From assembly GCF_001949145.1 (NCBI RefSeq), contig NW_019091357.1, positions 370,801 to 434,800 of the forward strand: a DNA stretch of 64,000 nt. The letters are read 5' to 3'. The notes below the pieces were generated by a model. That model made no database searches, had not been told where the DNA came from, and saw only the letters and a program-made list of their open reading frames with translations. The DNA is from Acanthaster planci (taxonomy: Eukaryota). Both the position numbers and the translations under genes were made by a program. Within the stretch, counting starts at the first letter, position 1. Each line of letters starts with the position of its first letter. This document shows, piece by piece, positions 22,501-33,100 of the stretch.

Positions 22501-25500
22501 GGGAGGGGGTGGAGGCAATACATGTAGGTAAATCACACACTGATCCAATCTTCCCCTTTGTGCACACCAGTGCTCTCTTATTTGCAGCCGCCGATAGATT
22601 TACAGGGTCGTATAACAGCTAGACATTTCAGCCAAAGGCACTTGGAAACAGGACACAGGAAGAGCCATATTTATCAATCAAACCACATCCACTTGGGTAA
22701 GCTTAGGGAATTGGATACTAGCAGCCCAGAGAGGAGTTGCTTTCAAGCTGAGATTTATCTGCTGGAACACAATTGCAAGTTTTAGTGGTTCCATAAATCT
22801 CTTCATCTGGGTCATTTTGAGAACAGTACTGGGGAGACAGACACATCCCTTCTGGCTCACTGATAGCTACTGCACCTCTATAACAGCAACACCTCCCCCT
22901 CTCCTAGCAGCATATCCAGCTTTTGGCGTGGGGGGGGGAATGCTAAAGCAAATGTTGCTTTGGGCTCAGTCATAGAACATGATGATGGGGAGAAAGAAAC
23001 AAAGAAAAAAGCTTTACTCGCAGTCCCAACATCCTTGCTTTTATTTCATGGTGTTGTTTTCTTAGAATGTTGGTAGTAATATTTGATAAATAACTATATG
23101 GATTACGTTCTTACCTACGTGTATGAAGTATTCTTTGTAAAAAAAAAATTTAAATTCAAAAAATCCGTCAGGGAGGCAAGTTGTCCCCCTGCCCCCACGC
23201 TGGGTACGCCACTGCCCCCCTCTCCATTTCAATGACTGCTTGTACCGTACATTGTAGAAACTCTGATCACTACAGTTACCAAGAATGGACCTTTCCCATG
23301 AAATATGCAAATAAGGCAGGTGCATGCGCATTACTACCACTGGTTGGCAAAGTTGCTTATCTTTGACGTAACAATACAAATCTCCATGCGCGTGCCACTA
23401 TCGCCATTTTTGTGCAAGTAAAGTTTGACATGAGTGCCAAACTTAAAGACAAGGAACTGTTACTTTCCAACCTCAGGACACTGGAAACTTCACTTAGTTT
23501 CGAGAAAAGCGTGCTCAAGTATCGGGCAAAGGCTGTAATATGGTTTTTGATTGACCGTCAACGCTCCAGGTTATGGTTACTAGCAGCTCGCCTATGCTAC
23601 CGACAGTGTTGGCGGCTGCACTTGCCAACCAGTGGCAGTAGCACGCATGCGCCCATTCAATTTGCATATTTCAAGGGAAAGGTCCATTAGCCACAGGAAG
23701 CATTCACAATGAAAACTTAAAGAGCACAAGAGGGTGACATATAACAGGTTGGTTTGGTAACGACCAAACTACAAGAGGTTGGAAAATAATGTCACACCAA
23801 TTAGAAAAACATAAGACTTTCTAGAACAAACAATAGCTGTCTAAACGTTATGGCTACGGCTGGAAATAACACAAGTGCCTAAGAAACCACTGGCTACTGG
23901 CTACGGTTGTGGCTACTTCCCATACACGTAGATGCGTATTTGATTACCACTCTCACTGAAACTGATTCTAGTACTGAATAGAGCACCCCAAAAAAATCTT
24001 TACAAATTGTTGGTCCTTGGCAATGCACATGCACAACTAATGGGATGTTGAGAGACATTCCAAAGGATTATAGTAAACCAAAACGGATAAGGCATAGTGT
24101 TCCATACCGCACTGAGGCAACAGGTGGATGTGAGATATCTACTTTGACAAGGTGACTCAATCTGACTTCAGTCATGTCCTTAGCTTAACCCTAACCCTCC
24201 TCAATCCTCCAACAGGTGAAGGATTGAGGAGGGTTAGGGTTAAATATCTAATGATGTAAAAAGCAGCAAAGAAGTAAGACACCTACCCCTTCCTTGGTTG
24301 CAGAAGCAAATTTGGTTGCACTCAATGCAAATGTAGACCAGCCCTACAAAAACGACACAGAAGCAAGAAATGGATGTCATAAAACTCACTGACAGTAAAG
24401 GATTCACTGGACTTGTGAACAATGTTTAATCATCTACAAAAATACAAAGGGATAGAGCCTGTGGTATTTTCTTCTGAACTGGAAGGCAAGCTTGTTTACA
24501 GAGTAACAGTTTTCTCTACTAGAGACACAATGTCTTCAAACTCTCCTCCCCAACGGGTGAAAACCAAGCCAACTCCTGCAGTTGCCAGGATCTGGTTACA
24601 AATTATGGAGCCACATAACTAGGGACAAGTCTTTCTTAGGTTTCTCTTCTAAATAATTTCATTTCTTAGCGTGCATGACACTTCTTGGAATGTACAAGTC
24701 TAGTGTCATCCTAGCAAACTCAAAAGGCATCCTACTTACAGAGCTAAGTGAAGCCACTGCCGAGTCCCAAGTATCACTGCTACTCTCTTGTTTGATTGGC
24801 GTGCTGCCAAAACCTGTATATCTGCCGCCCTGACTTGGTGGAAGATTACTGGAAGACAAAATGAAACAAAATAATCATCCTACAGCTCTAAAATATCTTC
24901 TGCAATGACAACATTACAGATGATTAAATCCACAATACAACATTAAAATTGCATACATCGTATTTAGGTTGTTGTTACTTTTAACGACAATTTAATGGCT
25001 TGCAAATACTGAGCCAAAACCTGATGTACTTACTCTGGTCTGGCTGCATTCTCAGCTTGTAGTCGTTCAAAGTAATCCTTCTTTTTGACATCAACCTCTG
25101 ACCTAAATGGCAAATAAATCACAAATTACAAATTCAACAAAAAATCTGACATATCAGCAGCATGTAACTGACCCACTGAGATTGGTACTTGGGGAAGTAT
25201 GCCACACTACAATGCACAAACATGGTGCCCTGAGCCCTAACCCTCCTCAGTCCTCCAACAGGTGAAGGATTGAGGAGGGTTAGGGTCAGTCTGATGATCT
25301 TCATGCTCTGAAAAGCTTATGGTACCGTCGCATAGTAAAAAGTTCAGAAAATTGTAATAATTTGGCTTAATATGAACAAAGGCTAGAAATGTGTGTGTCG
25401 ATGACCATGTCTTTCAACAGTTTGAAGTAATTTTGCAAATTTAAGTACTGCACAACCATTTGACCCTGTTGGGACACCTTGAGTCACCCAAGATTGTTTA

Positions 25501-28500
25501 TTTATAACCACAGATAGAGCATGTCCATCTATGCCTGTGGCTGAAGAACAGGTGTAAGGGAAGTAATCCAATTTGCTTTAAAAAACCAATCCTGAAATCT
25601 AGGAGCAAACATGACACACACTGGAGAAACTTGGAGGGGCATGCTCTTGTCAAAAGAAATCTGAGATCTCAAGATTCAATTTTTGTTTTTCATGTCATCT
25701 TGGCCCCTGGCAACATACTTGGACATGCCGTACATCAGGTCAAAATCGTCCTTCCCAGCAGATTGGTATCCTCCACTGCCTCCAGACTCTATCATAGCTC
25801 CGCCTGAGTTGTAGTTGGAAAAACTGGGTGAGCTCCTGGAGGTATGAAATGACCCCGATGAGCTGCTTAGGGAAGAAGTTGTCTTCAGCTTAGCAGCGAC
25901 GTAAGGTACGTGATTCCTAGCAGGTGAGGTAGCTGCAGACCATGTCTCACCTTTGGCTTCGGTGGCAATCTGAAACGCAACCAGATGCTTCGCTAATTGA
26001 TGTGAACATTGAGAATCAGCAGGGTACATGAATCAGTCAAAGCAATACACACACTGTTACGTTATGGACGGTCACCAGTATTTCCTAAGCAGGTGTTTTC
26101 TTCCCTTAGTAAAAACCATTTTTACCTTATCTCTGTATAAAGCTGCTGCTTTGCTGTTGTATTTTTCCTGTATACTCCAGCTAGGGTCGTAATCCGGTTG
26201 TGACTTCAAGAATGCCCGTGCCTTATTGTTACCTCCAACTTTCATTTTCTCCAACTCTATGTCCTTCCATTTGTCCATTGTGACTGACCGAACAAAGCTG
26301 AAGGTGCAAAGCAAAACATTCTACAAATGACATGTACCTGAAATCATCCATGACTTAACAAATGGTTATGGTGCATCCTGTTGAATACAGGCGATTCACA
26401 ATACAGTGCGCCACCAAGAGTTTGCCGCAGATAGGCCACTTTCAAGTTGACACAATGCTGTGATTAAGCGGACTTTGTATGTAATGTGGGGATATTTGAT
26501 TGATTGAGGCGTCCCTGCACCGCACAAAACCATCAGTTTGACTAAAAGAACCTACATGTATCATCCATTCGCAATAAGCACTTTCGAATTTTCAACTAAA
26601 CAAACTTTCGAAAATGTCGACTATTTATCCCATAATGCTCTGTGAAAAGGCCCCTCCATGACAACCTCTTGGTGGCACACGGCATTGTGAATCGCCTGTA
26701 TTCAAGATATGGCTACACAAGCCACTATTAGGCCATGCGTTGATCATGATATGTCACAACCAATGCATACCTACTAACCTGTCGTATTACTTCCTGGGTC
26801 AGATATCACCACATAATAGATTACAATTTCAAATGAAGTGAGCGCTCATTTAAATACCTTTTAATCTATTGTGTGGTATTACCTGACCTCAGGAAGGAGT
26901 ACAACAGGTTGGCGGGTCTGCCAATGACTATCAACTGCAGCCACTTCAATCAGATCAAGAATATTAATTATCAACACACACTTGGTCAGTTGTATGTAGA
27001 GCCACGAATGAAGAGTTTGACATGACAATACCAAAAAGACCTGCACTACAGGTTCACCATACAGCAACTCACGGTATAACAACATCCTTGTTATATACAT
27101 GTCCATGTATATTGCAAGCGGAACGTGATCAGTGTACATACATGTACATCCTATTATTATTATTATTTCATTCAGAAATCAACCAAGTAAGCAACAATCG
27201 TAAACAAAGAAAACCAGATACGATTTATTATTCTGGGATAACCCAAGAAAGCCAATTACACAGGCTTATTTCCATCAGGGTCCCTTAACCCCTTGACAAC
27301 GGGAATTTGTTTCCAAAAGCAGACTCCAAGAATTCCAGCCTCGTTTGGCCACGAAGGCCACCTGCCAAACTACAAATTCTCAGTTTGTGGCCCTGCGTGC
27401 TCTGCACCCTTTGAATTACACAGTGAAAAGGCTGATTGTTCGGTGGCATGCGGCTCTACTCATGCTTCCACATTCCCGTTGCCTCTTTTCAAAGTGGGGA
27501 CTATTGTAAAGCTGGTGATTATGATGCAAATTCAGTCTTTTCATTTCTGGGCTACACACAAAGGCCAATCACCATATATACAAGAGCCAGGGTCTGCCTT
27601 CTTTCACCGTGTTCGCTCGAGCGTGGGCAGAGAATAATAGCTGAAAAGCGGGCTGCGGATCTCAATTTTTATGGCGGCTCTTACCGTCTTCCGGCGGTTA
27701 AGTACATGTACATGTATGGACAAATTTACAAAATTACACATACATGTATACAGAACAAAACATGAAAAAACAGCAAATATCAGTCCATTTACCCATTACT
27801 AATTACAGTCGTATTCACGACTCCATATTATTTAAAAATCAAAACTATCAAAAAAATAAAAAAAATTATACTGAAGTCACTTAACCCTCCCCATTTGAAA
27901 TCCATCCTACTAATTAAAAGCACTACATTTCTCTATTGATTGGCTTTTTGTGATGGATGTGACTTTATTTGCATAAGACAGGACTTCAACAAACCTGAGA
28001 TGGACTCCCAATCCTCTGTGTTTGCCAGAACATTCCAAGCAGATCCAAATACCATATGTCACACTCACCCACTGTGGGTTATGACCGTTGCATTCAAAAC
28101 AGTTCTGCCAAGAAACAGGATATGAAAACCATTTTACAGATGGAGTTTTGTACATGCTGTTTGTATGTAATTGTCTTTAAGTATCTGGATAAAAAGTCAT
28201 GTCAGATCATCACAATTTTTGGGTCATGCTGTTCAGCGTCAACAAGCATTAACAAAGCGTCAACAAGTTATTCAAGCATATTTATACAAAGACTGTTAAT
28301 TTACAACATTCATTAGGCTCCTACATAACAAATATATGTCGATATATCATAACTATCTGAAATGATAATTGAGTGTTGAAATTGAGAGACAAAATCGGGC
28401 CTCCTTGTGCAGCCAGACTGGCCGTCATCTCGTTTTTGCATGGACGGCAGAGGAAAGGAAGATGGCGGCCCCCACACATCACAAAAAAATTTTGTTTTCC

Positions 28501-29824
28501 TGGGAGAATCTGGAAGCAAATTCGGTGTTTCTCTTACTCAGTGGCAGGTGGTAGAGTCTATAGAATATGATAAAAGTTGTTGATGCTACTTGTGTGTGTT
28601 GACACTTGTTGACACTATTTTGACCACAATTTTTGAGTGTCAGAAACACCACAAATTTTCCCCTACATGTATATTCTCACCAAGTTCTCCTGAGATACTG
28701 AGCCCTTTTTCCACAAAGGCTTTCAGTATGAACATACATGACATAACTTTTCAGACGTTCATGATGTTTCAGTGTTGGCATGGTCAGTTGGTTAGGCATG
28801 ATCAGTTGATAAGCAGGATCATGCAATCATGTTGTATTCTCACGATTGGTCATCCGGGAACTTTTGTACATTATTGAATAGCACGAAAGGTAAATCTGTC
28901 CCTTTGCCATGTGTCAAAAGTCCATAGTGATGTCATGCTGACCGTGAGAATGAAATAGTTGACTATACTTCCCCTTTTTAACACTCTTCCACAACACAAT
29001 AGAACAGAACGGTAATTGGCTGATGGCAAAATGTAACAATACCAGCAAATCCAGCTTGCATATTGGCAAGAAGGCCTAGGCTAGCGTATGTGTACTCTTG
29101 AACTCTTGAACACTTGAACGTTGACAGTTTGATGTAGGCCTAGAGCAATGACCATGACAACGTAATTTTTGGGGGTCATGTTGGAGGCCGAGATGATGTT
29201 GGAAGAAATAATAATAAACATGACTGAAAGAATATATAAAGAGAACAGGGGGATTGTGAATTTGGGGACCCTGTTCGTATAAAAGAAGGGAGACCTACAT
29301 TTTAACCTTTGGATTCCCCTAGATGACTGTGGCATGATGCTCAATAACTGTACTGTATGGTCGATGTTGTGAAAAGGGTAGAGTTATGAGTTTTGAGGGA
29401 AATTATGCGGGGAAACTGTGGGTGTTTGAACTGACACACGGTGGAGTCAAATTTGCATGGCTGATTTATCTGTAGGAAAGTTACATTTTCTCACTATTTA
29501 CAATTTCCAAAAAACACGGTCAGCATGGTCACGGCATACAGGGTAGTTCAGACAGCGTTGCCTTCTGGTTTTTCGGGGGAATGACCAGTAATTTTGCACA
29601 GATTAAAATAAACAAAAACTGGGGGGTTCCCAAATTTACAATCCCCGAGAACAGGCCTTTACCATGTTGGAAACCTGCCCGTCCTTCATGTCCTTGCTAG
29701 ACAGTTAGTACAGTGAATATTTAGAGGCCTACTTTATTTCGTGTGAACGTGAAACGTTACATACGTTATTGCCTTCCTTAGGTCTCAATTCTTTCATCAC
29801 GCGTCGGGTGCGAGGACTCGCCAT
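4336..29824 (-). CDS. ARFGAP1: ADP-ribosylation factor GTPase-activating protein 1, whole gene span (12 coding exons, 1557 nt, 518 aa)
   Basis: Hand-spliced exons 29765-29824, 27995-28104, 26126-26297, 25719-25969, 25034-25102, 24740-24848, 24287-24343, 15268-15300, 11508-11624, 10263-10411, 4659-4880 and 4336-4543 join in one frame with GT-AG introns. The protein has the [14 protein letters not shown]-terminus, the CxxC-x16-CxxC-x4-R ArfGAP zinc finger (CFEC...CLECSGKHR), [10 protein letters not shown] and ALPS-like helices. Confidence 0.95.
4659..4880 (-). CDS. ARFGAP1: ArfGAP1 exon 11 (acidic, Trp-rich: ...[11 protein letters not shown]...[19 protein letters not shown])
   Basis: Acceptor cctcag, donor TC|gtgagt; 222 nt, phase 2-2, compatible with exons 10 and 12; DSW-type motif typical of the ArfGAP1 tail. 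Confidence 0.85.
4881..5608 (-). promoter_or_regulatory. Extended 3' splice-site region of ArfGAP1 exon 11: 714-nt AG-exclusion zone with a candidate distant branch point
   Basis: No CT on the + strand (no AG on the transcript) from 4883 to 5596; CCTAAC at 5608-5603 followed by a C/T-rich tract. Confidence 0.65.
8735..9167. mobile_element. Non-autonomous DNA-transposon remnant with GACTCGAGTC-type subterminal repeats
   Basis: Two blocks (about 8740-8900 and 9030-9155) of many gagtc/gactcgagtcgag repeats around an AT-rich core; right end acaactctg (CAGAGTTGT on the - strand). The left end is not resolved. Confidence 0.55.
9915..10086. mobile_element. piggyBac-like MITE
   Basis: TIRs cgccttcataccagga / tcccggtatgaagggg (14/16 match), flanked by TAAA on the left and TTAA on the right. 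Confidence 0.65.
10263..10411 (-). CDS. ARFGAP1: ArfGAP1 exon 10 ([16 protein letters not shown]...SEKRERL; end of ALPS2)
   Basis: Acceptor gcttag, donor AG|gtaaga (alternative AG|gttaag 6 nt earlier); SKGW.DF..F motif. Confidence 0.88.
10855..11500. repeat. C/T-rich low-complexity tandem repeat spanning the assembly gap 10941-11361
   Basis: ctacatccct / tacacccct units; gactggtac occurs on both edges of the gap. Confidence 0.6.
10941..11361. other. Assembly gap (N), ArfGAP1 intron 9
   Basis: Run of N. Confidence 1.
11508..11624 (-). CDS. ARFGAP1: ArfGAP1 exon 9 ([39 protein letters not shown])
   Basis: Acceptor ttccag, donor AAG|gtgggt; conserved NE.V.KP..EK...G motif. Confidence 0.92.
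15268..15300 (-). CDS. ARFGAP1: ArfGAP1 exon 8, 33-nt mini-exon ([11 protein letters not shown])
   Basis: Long pyrimidine tract plus tttcag, donor AAG|gtgaga; resembles vertebrate ATKFGSQASQK. Confidence 0.88.
18385..18744. other. Assembly gap (N), ArfGAP1 intron 7
   Basis: Run of N. Confidence 1.
18745..18882. repeat. Tandem duplication, ~73 bp x 2, abutting the gap 18385-18744 (probably a collapsed array)
   Basis: agggtctgt..aaa.gtaaac.tgac.tcaaaa.ctagagtatga....aatg.gcatgt occurs twice. Confidence 0.75.
23160..23214 (-). mobile_element. Solo end of a CAGTGGCGTA-type (hAT-like) MITE
   Basis: CAGTGGCGTACCCAGCGTGGGGGCAGGGGG on the - strand; same terminus as the elements at 34084 and 42080; partner end not found. 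Confidence 0.5.
23284..23688. mobile_element. MITE with ~65-bp imperfect TIRs
   Basis: aatggacctttcccatgaaatatgcaaat...gcatgcgcattactaccactggttggcaa versus ttgccaaccagtggcagtagcacgcatgc...atttgcatatttcaagggaaaggtccatt. Confidence 0.85.
24185..24243. repeat. 59-bp perfect hairpin with telomere-like tips, copy 1
   Basis: ttaaccctaaccctcctcaatcct-ccaacaggtga-aggattgaggagggttagggttaa (24-bp perfect arms). Confidence 0.9.
24287..24343 (-). CDS. ARFGAP1: ArfGAP1 exon 7 ([23 protein letters not shown]1 core)
   Basis: Acceptor tttgtag, donor GGG|gtaggt; 57 nt, phase 0-0; resembles the GWSSF...FASAAKEG segment of vertebrate ArfGAP1. Confidence 0.92.
24740..24848 (-). CDS. ARFGAP1: ArfGAP1 exon 6 ([14 protein letters not shown]...[12 protein letters not shown]; start of ALPS1)
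   Basis: Acceptor ttccag, donor TCT|gtaagt; conserved [12 protein letters not shown]. Confidence 0.94.
25034..25102 (-). CDS. ARFGAP1: ArfGAP1 exon 5 ([23 protein letters not shown])
   Basis: Acceptor atttag, donor GA|gtaagt; K..YF...EN..RP motif typical of Gcs1/ArfGAP1. Confidence 0.9.
25231..25288. repeat. Hairpin with telomere-like tips, copy 2
   Basis: tgagccctaaccctcctcagtcct-ccaacaggtga-aggattgaggagggttagggtca; the core differs from copy 1 by one base. Confidence 0.9.
25719..25969 (-). CDS. ARFGAP1: ArfGAP1 exon 4 ([10 protein letters not shown]...Ser/Gly-rich linker...YGMSK)
   Basis: Acceptor tttcag, donor AA|gtatgt; phase matches exon 5. Confidence 0.88.
26126..26297 (-). CDS. ARFGAP1: ArfGAP1 exon 3 ([11 protein letters not shown]...AAALYRDK)
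   Basis: Acceptor cttcag, donor AAG|gtaaaa; conserved C-terminal half of the ArfGAP domain. Confidence 0.96.
26381..26705. mobile_element. MITE with ~40-bp TIRs in ArfGAP1 intron 2
   Basis: ttgaatacaggcgattcacaat (22-bp perfect) + acagtgcgccaccaagag versus ctcttggtggcacacggc + attgtgaatcgcctgtattcaa. Confidence 0.85.
27289..27697. mobile_element. Possible old piggyBac-like MITE
   Basis: TTAA on both sides (27285-27288 and 27698-27701); weak TIRs ccccttgacaacgg / ccgtcttccggcgg (9/14); interior more GC-rich than the flanks. Confidence 0.4.
27995..28104 (-). CDS. ARFGAP1: ArfGAP1 exon 2 (zinc finger and arginine finger: [36 protein letters not shown])
   Basis: Acceptor tggcag, donor AG|gtttgt; lies within ORF 27910-28155. 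Confidence 0.96.
29765..29824 (-). CDS. ARFGAP1: ArfGAP1 coding exon 1 ([20 protein letters not shown])
   Basis: ATG at 29824 in the context AAGATGG; 60 nt; donor AAC|gtatgt; diagnostic ArfGAP1 N-terminus. Confidence 0.95.
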
Positions 29825-30165
29825 CTTCACCGCTCAGTTTGATTTCGTCCGTAGTTTGAACAAAGGAAAGTACAGATATTGCACTGACACCGGTATTCTG
29901 TGCTTAAGAAATGAAATACACAAAATAGGGCACTAGGATATCACTGGAATCTACACAAAACTTATAATTTCACTGATGTTCAGCATTAAGAATTTTCGTC
30001 AACTCCAATCTGTCGCCATTTTGCATGATTAGGATGATTACGTGGAACTATAGGCAGTGCATGTCACTGTAAACCGGTTTAGAGTCTTGCCTAACCACAC
30101 TCTAACCGATTAGACGCGGGTTACTGTAGTTGAAGTTTATCCAACTCTTGGAGGCGCTATAATCA
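29825..30165 (-). promoter_or_regulatory. Probable ArfGAP1 5'UTR and core promoter
   Basis: Immediately upstream of the ATG; CpG density rises here; YY1-like AAAATGGCG on the - strand at ~30014-30022. The TSS is not determined. Confidence 0.45.
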
Positions 30166-33100
30166 TTGACTAAAGGTTGCAGTGCCCCAATTCAAGGAAA
30201 AATTCTCCGCCACACGGAGGCGCACAAAAAGTACCCCGCACATTCTTTCGAAAAGAGGGGTTTGTTTGGGCCAAGAAATAGTGCGATTATATCAGTATTG
30301 CCCGGGGTCATCTCTGTAGATTATGGGGCACTCATCTGGGGGCAAAGTAGTCAAAAATGTGATTGAAACTTTGTCAAAAGAGCACCAGGAAGGTGAGGGG
30401 TGTCATTTGAAAAATGGCCGCTGAGAAGACTTGGGAACATTCACTTTTTGGGGGGTGAGTTTGTTTTTGGAGGATAATTGAAAAATTCATTGGTTAACCT
30501 ACTAAAAATTGAAAATCAAATGAAATCTAAAGGACCAAACAACACATTGCTTTTTGTTTGAGAGGCCTCAGGGACTTCAGTTGCCTGCCATGGGGTTCCA
30601 AACTTGGTTGATTTTACACTTGAATTGGTTCAGTGCACCCATAAGGTTGCACTCATTTATCTCCATTATATATAATGGAGATTAATGGTTGCACTACACC
30701 AAATACGCGCCCACGGAAAACAGTGCAAAATCGGACCGAAATAGCCGCCTGTTGACTCTCGTGAAGAGGTTGGCCTCCGGGGTTTTTTTACTGGAAATTC
30801 AAGATTATGGCAAGAAGGTCACTTTTCGTTTCAATTTCATGGGGGTTAGCCACGAAAATATTTTGTTATTTTCCTTTCGAGGAAGATACCCCCAAAACAG
30901 CAGTAAAACTAAGCGCTCATTACTGAATGTAGCCGCCCGCCTTATATCCAATTAGGCCCGCAATTGGGGCTTTTTGTGAAAGAAATACCCCGAACTGGAA
31001 ACTATCAGTCCCAAATTCGGGATTTATAGAAATATTTCTATGATGCCTCTTGATTAAGGCATGTCTTACTGTAAAAACCCTGTGGGATCACAAAATATTA
31101 ATGAGCTTGCGCGCAGAATTTGGTGGAATGCACCCGTAAGGTTGCAGGTTGCCGTCGACAAATCGCAACACGGGAGAATATTTCATGTCCACAGATTTTT
31201 TATCTCTAGACCTCGACTGTTTGGGGATAAATTGACTCACGTATTTTCTGATGCATTGGTAATCATTCCGTAGTTTAAAATTGTGGTTGTAACCCGACAA
31301 CCGTCTTTTTATAAGCAAACAAAAACTACCAAAATATTATCAACATTTCAGGATGACAGGAAGTGCCATGTATGACTTCTTGAATTTGAAGTGACCTGTT
31401 TAAAAAGGAAGCACGAATTTGTGATTGAAACAAGGGTCTTCAAACACTGGTGTAAACATTGTATGCATACACTATGTGCACTGGGTGCAGGGGTCATGCC
31501 AATTCGTAAAGTTTAAGCAGCTTTCAATAATCTTTATCATAAATCTGGTGTCTGGAACGATTTTCGAATGGCTTAATGAAAAAAATGTACTAAACTGGGC
31601 ACCAGTTGTGGATTCACATATTCTTCGAAAACACTATCACATCCACATTTTGTGCGAACTACAAAACAGACGTTGTCATAAAAGGAAGCGCGCACGCAAA
31701 TGATTATTTCCAAAATACTTTATTCGTTTACATGTCCAAACACACTTATCTCTGCTTGAATGTGGAACTGAAGATGGACATTCATGACAAGGAAACACGT
31801 CTGAAGAGAAAATACAAGAATTTCAACGAGTGTTATTTGCAATGCAAATTATAAGATGAAACGCGTCTGAAAAAGAAATGACACAATCCCAGCTTTCCTG
31901 ATTGGCATAATTTCCCTTTTTAGACCCCGAATAGTTTTCATTGATTCCTGCTTGGTTATTTTGGATCATCTTCCTTTACATGAAGCAAGATATGAGACGG
32001 AGAGACACTGCCTTGTTTTGTGTTAGTCAATGACTCACTAGAATCTGAGGAATTCTTTTCAGACATCTGGGGGGGATGTTTTAGGCAACCATAGTCTGGA
32101 GTGTGTATATCGATTGGACATGTGGGGGGTACCCCTCGGTCTCATTTCTTGCTGGATATATCTCCCTTGATGACCGAAAGATTATCTTTCAAAATCAGTA
32201 TTGGTGCAAAACGAAACGTTCCACTGGCTGAAGACAAATATTTTGCAAACCTAAAATTTCGAAAAATTTATTCCAGTAGGCAAACTTGGAAATTCTACCT
32301 TGGAATACATACAGAGAAGCATACTTCTCAAAACTTTCTTTGAAGGAAGTAAAGAAAATACATGCGTATGCTTCCAACAACTGTATAAAAAATACCAGCT
32401 AAATTAACTGATTTGAAATTAATATATAAATATGGTAGCACGTGATCATTCAAGATACAAAAGTATTGAAAAACTATCGCAAATTAGCTTTTAATTTTGT
32501 GATAAGGATGGCAACATTCCTTTAAACTGTACACAAATGTACATGTACTTTATAGATCTAGTCTAACATTGTAAAATAAGTCTTAATACACTACGAGGTG
32601 ATAAAATAAACGACTTGTGATTGCTTGCTTACAACGCACATGTGGTTTATTTTTGATTTATCACGTCCTGTAGGCCTATACTTCTCAGACAAGCATCGGC
32701 AGTAAAGTGGCATAATCACAAGTGGTTTGCAGATGACACCATTCGAACTAGAATATTTAATGTGAGAGTACACACACATCATCTAAAGCTTTTTCGCCCA
32801 AAGTAGGACAAGTGCGCTTATGCACAACATCACCATCAGTCGTGCCGAAAGAAAGCCTTGTCCAGGGTACACTTGCATCAGCACCATGCGCAGGACAAGC
32901 GTGCTCAGAGATCCTACAAGCCAACCTCATTCCCATGGGTCCGATCTTGTCGCGTCGTGTTGGTTCTCACCGCGCCTTGCGCGAGTGAAGGAACGCGCAC
33001 TCCGGCCATGGAGTCGAGGTTGTCAACAAGCCTAAATCCACTGCAGCAGATCTCCATCATAAATGAAGATCAATGCTTACAACGCCACATTCGTAGATGT

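Noticed and set aside
24185..25288. CCCTAACCCT as a telomerase RNA template or interstitial telomere
   Set aside because: There are under two repeat units, locked in a perfect stem and duplicated, with no pseudoknot or H/ACA context seen.
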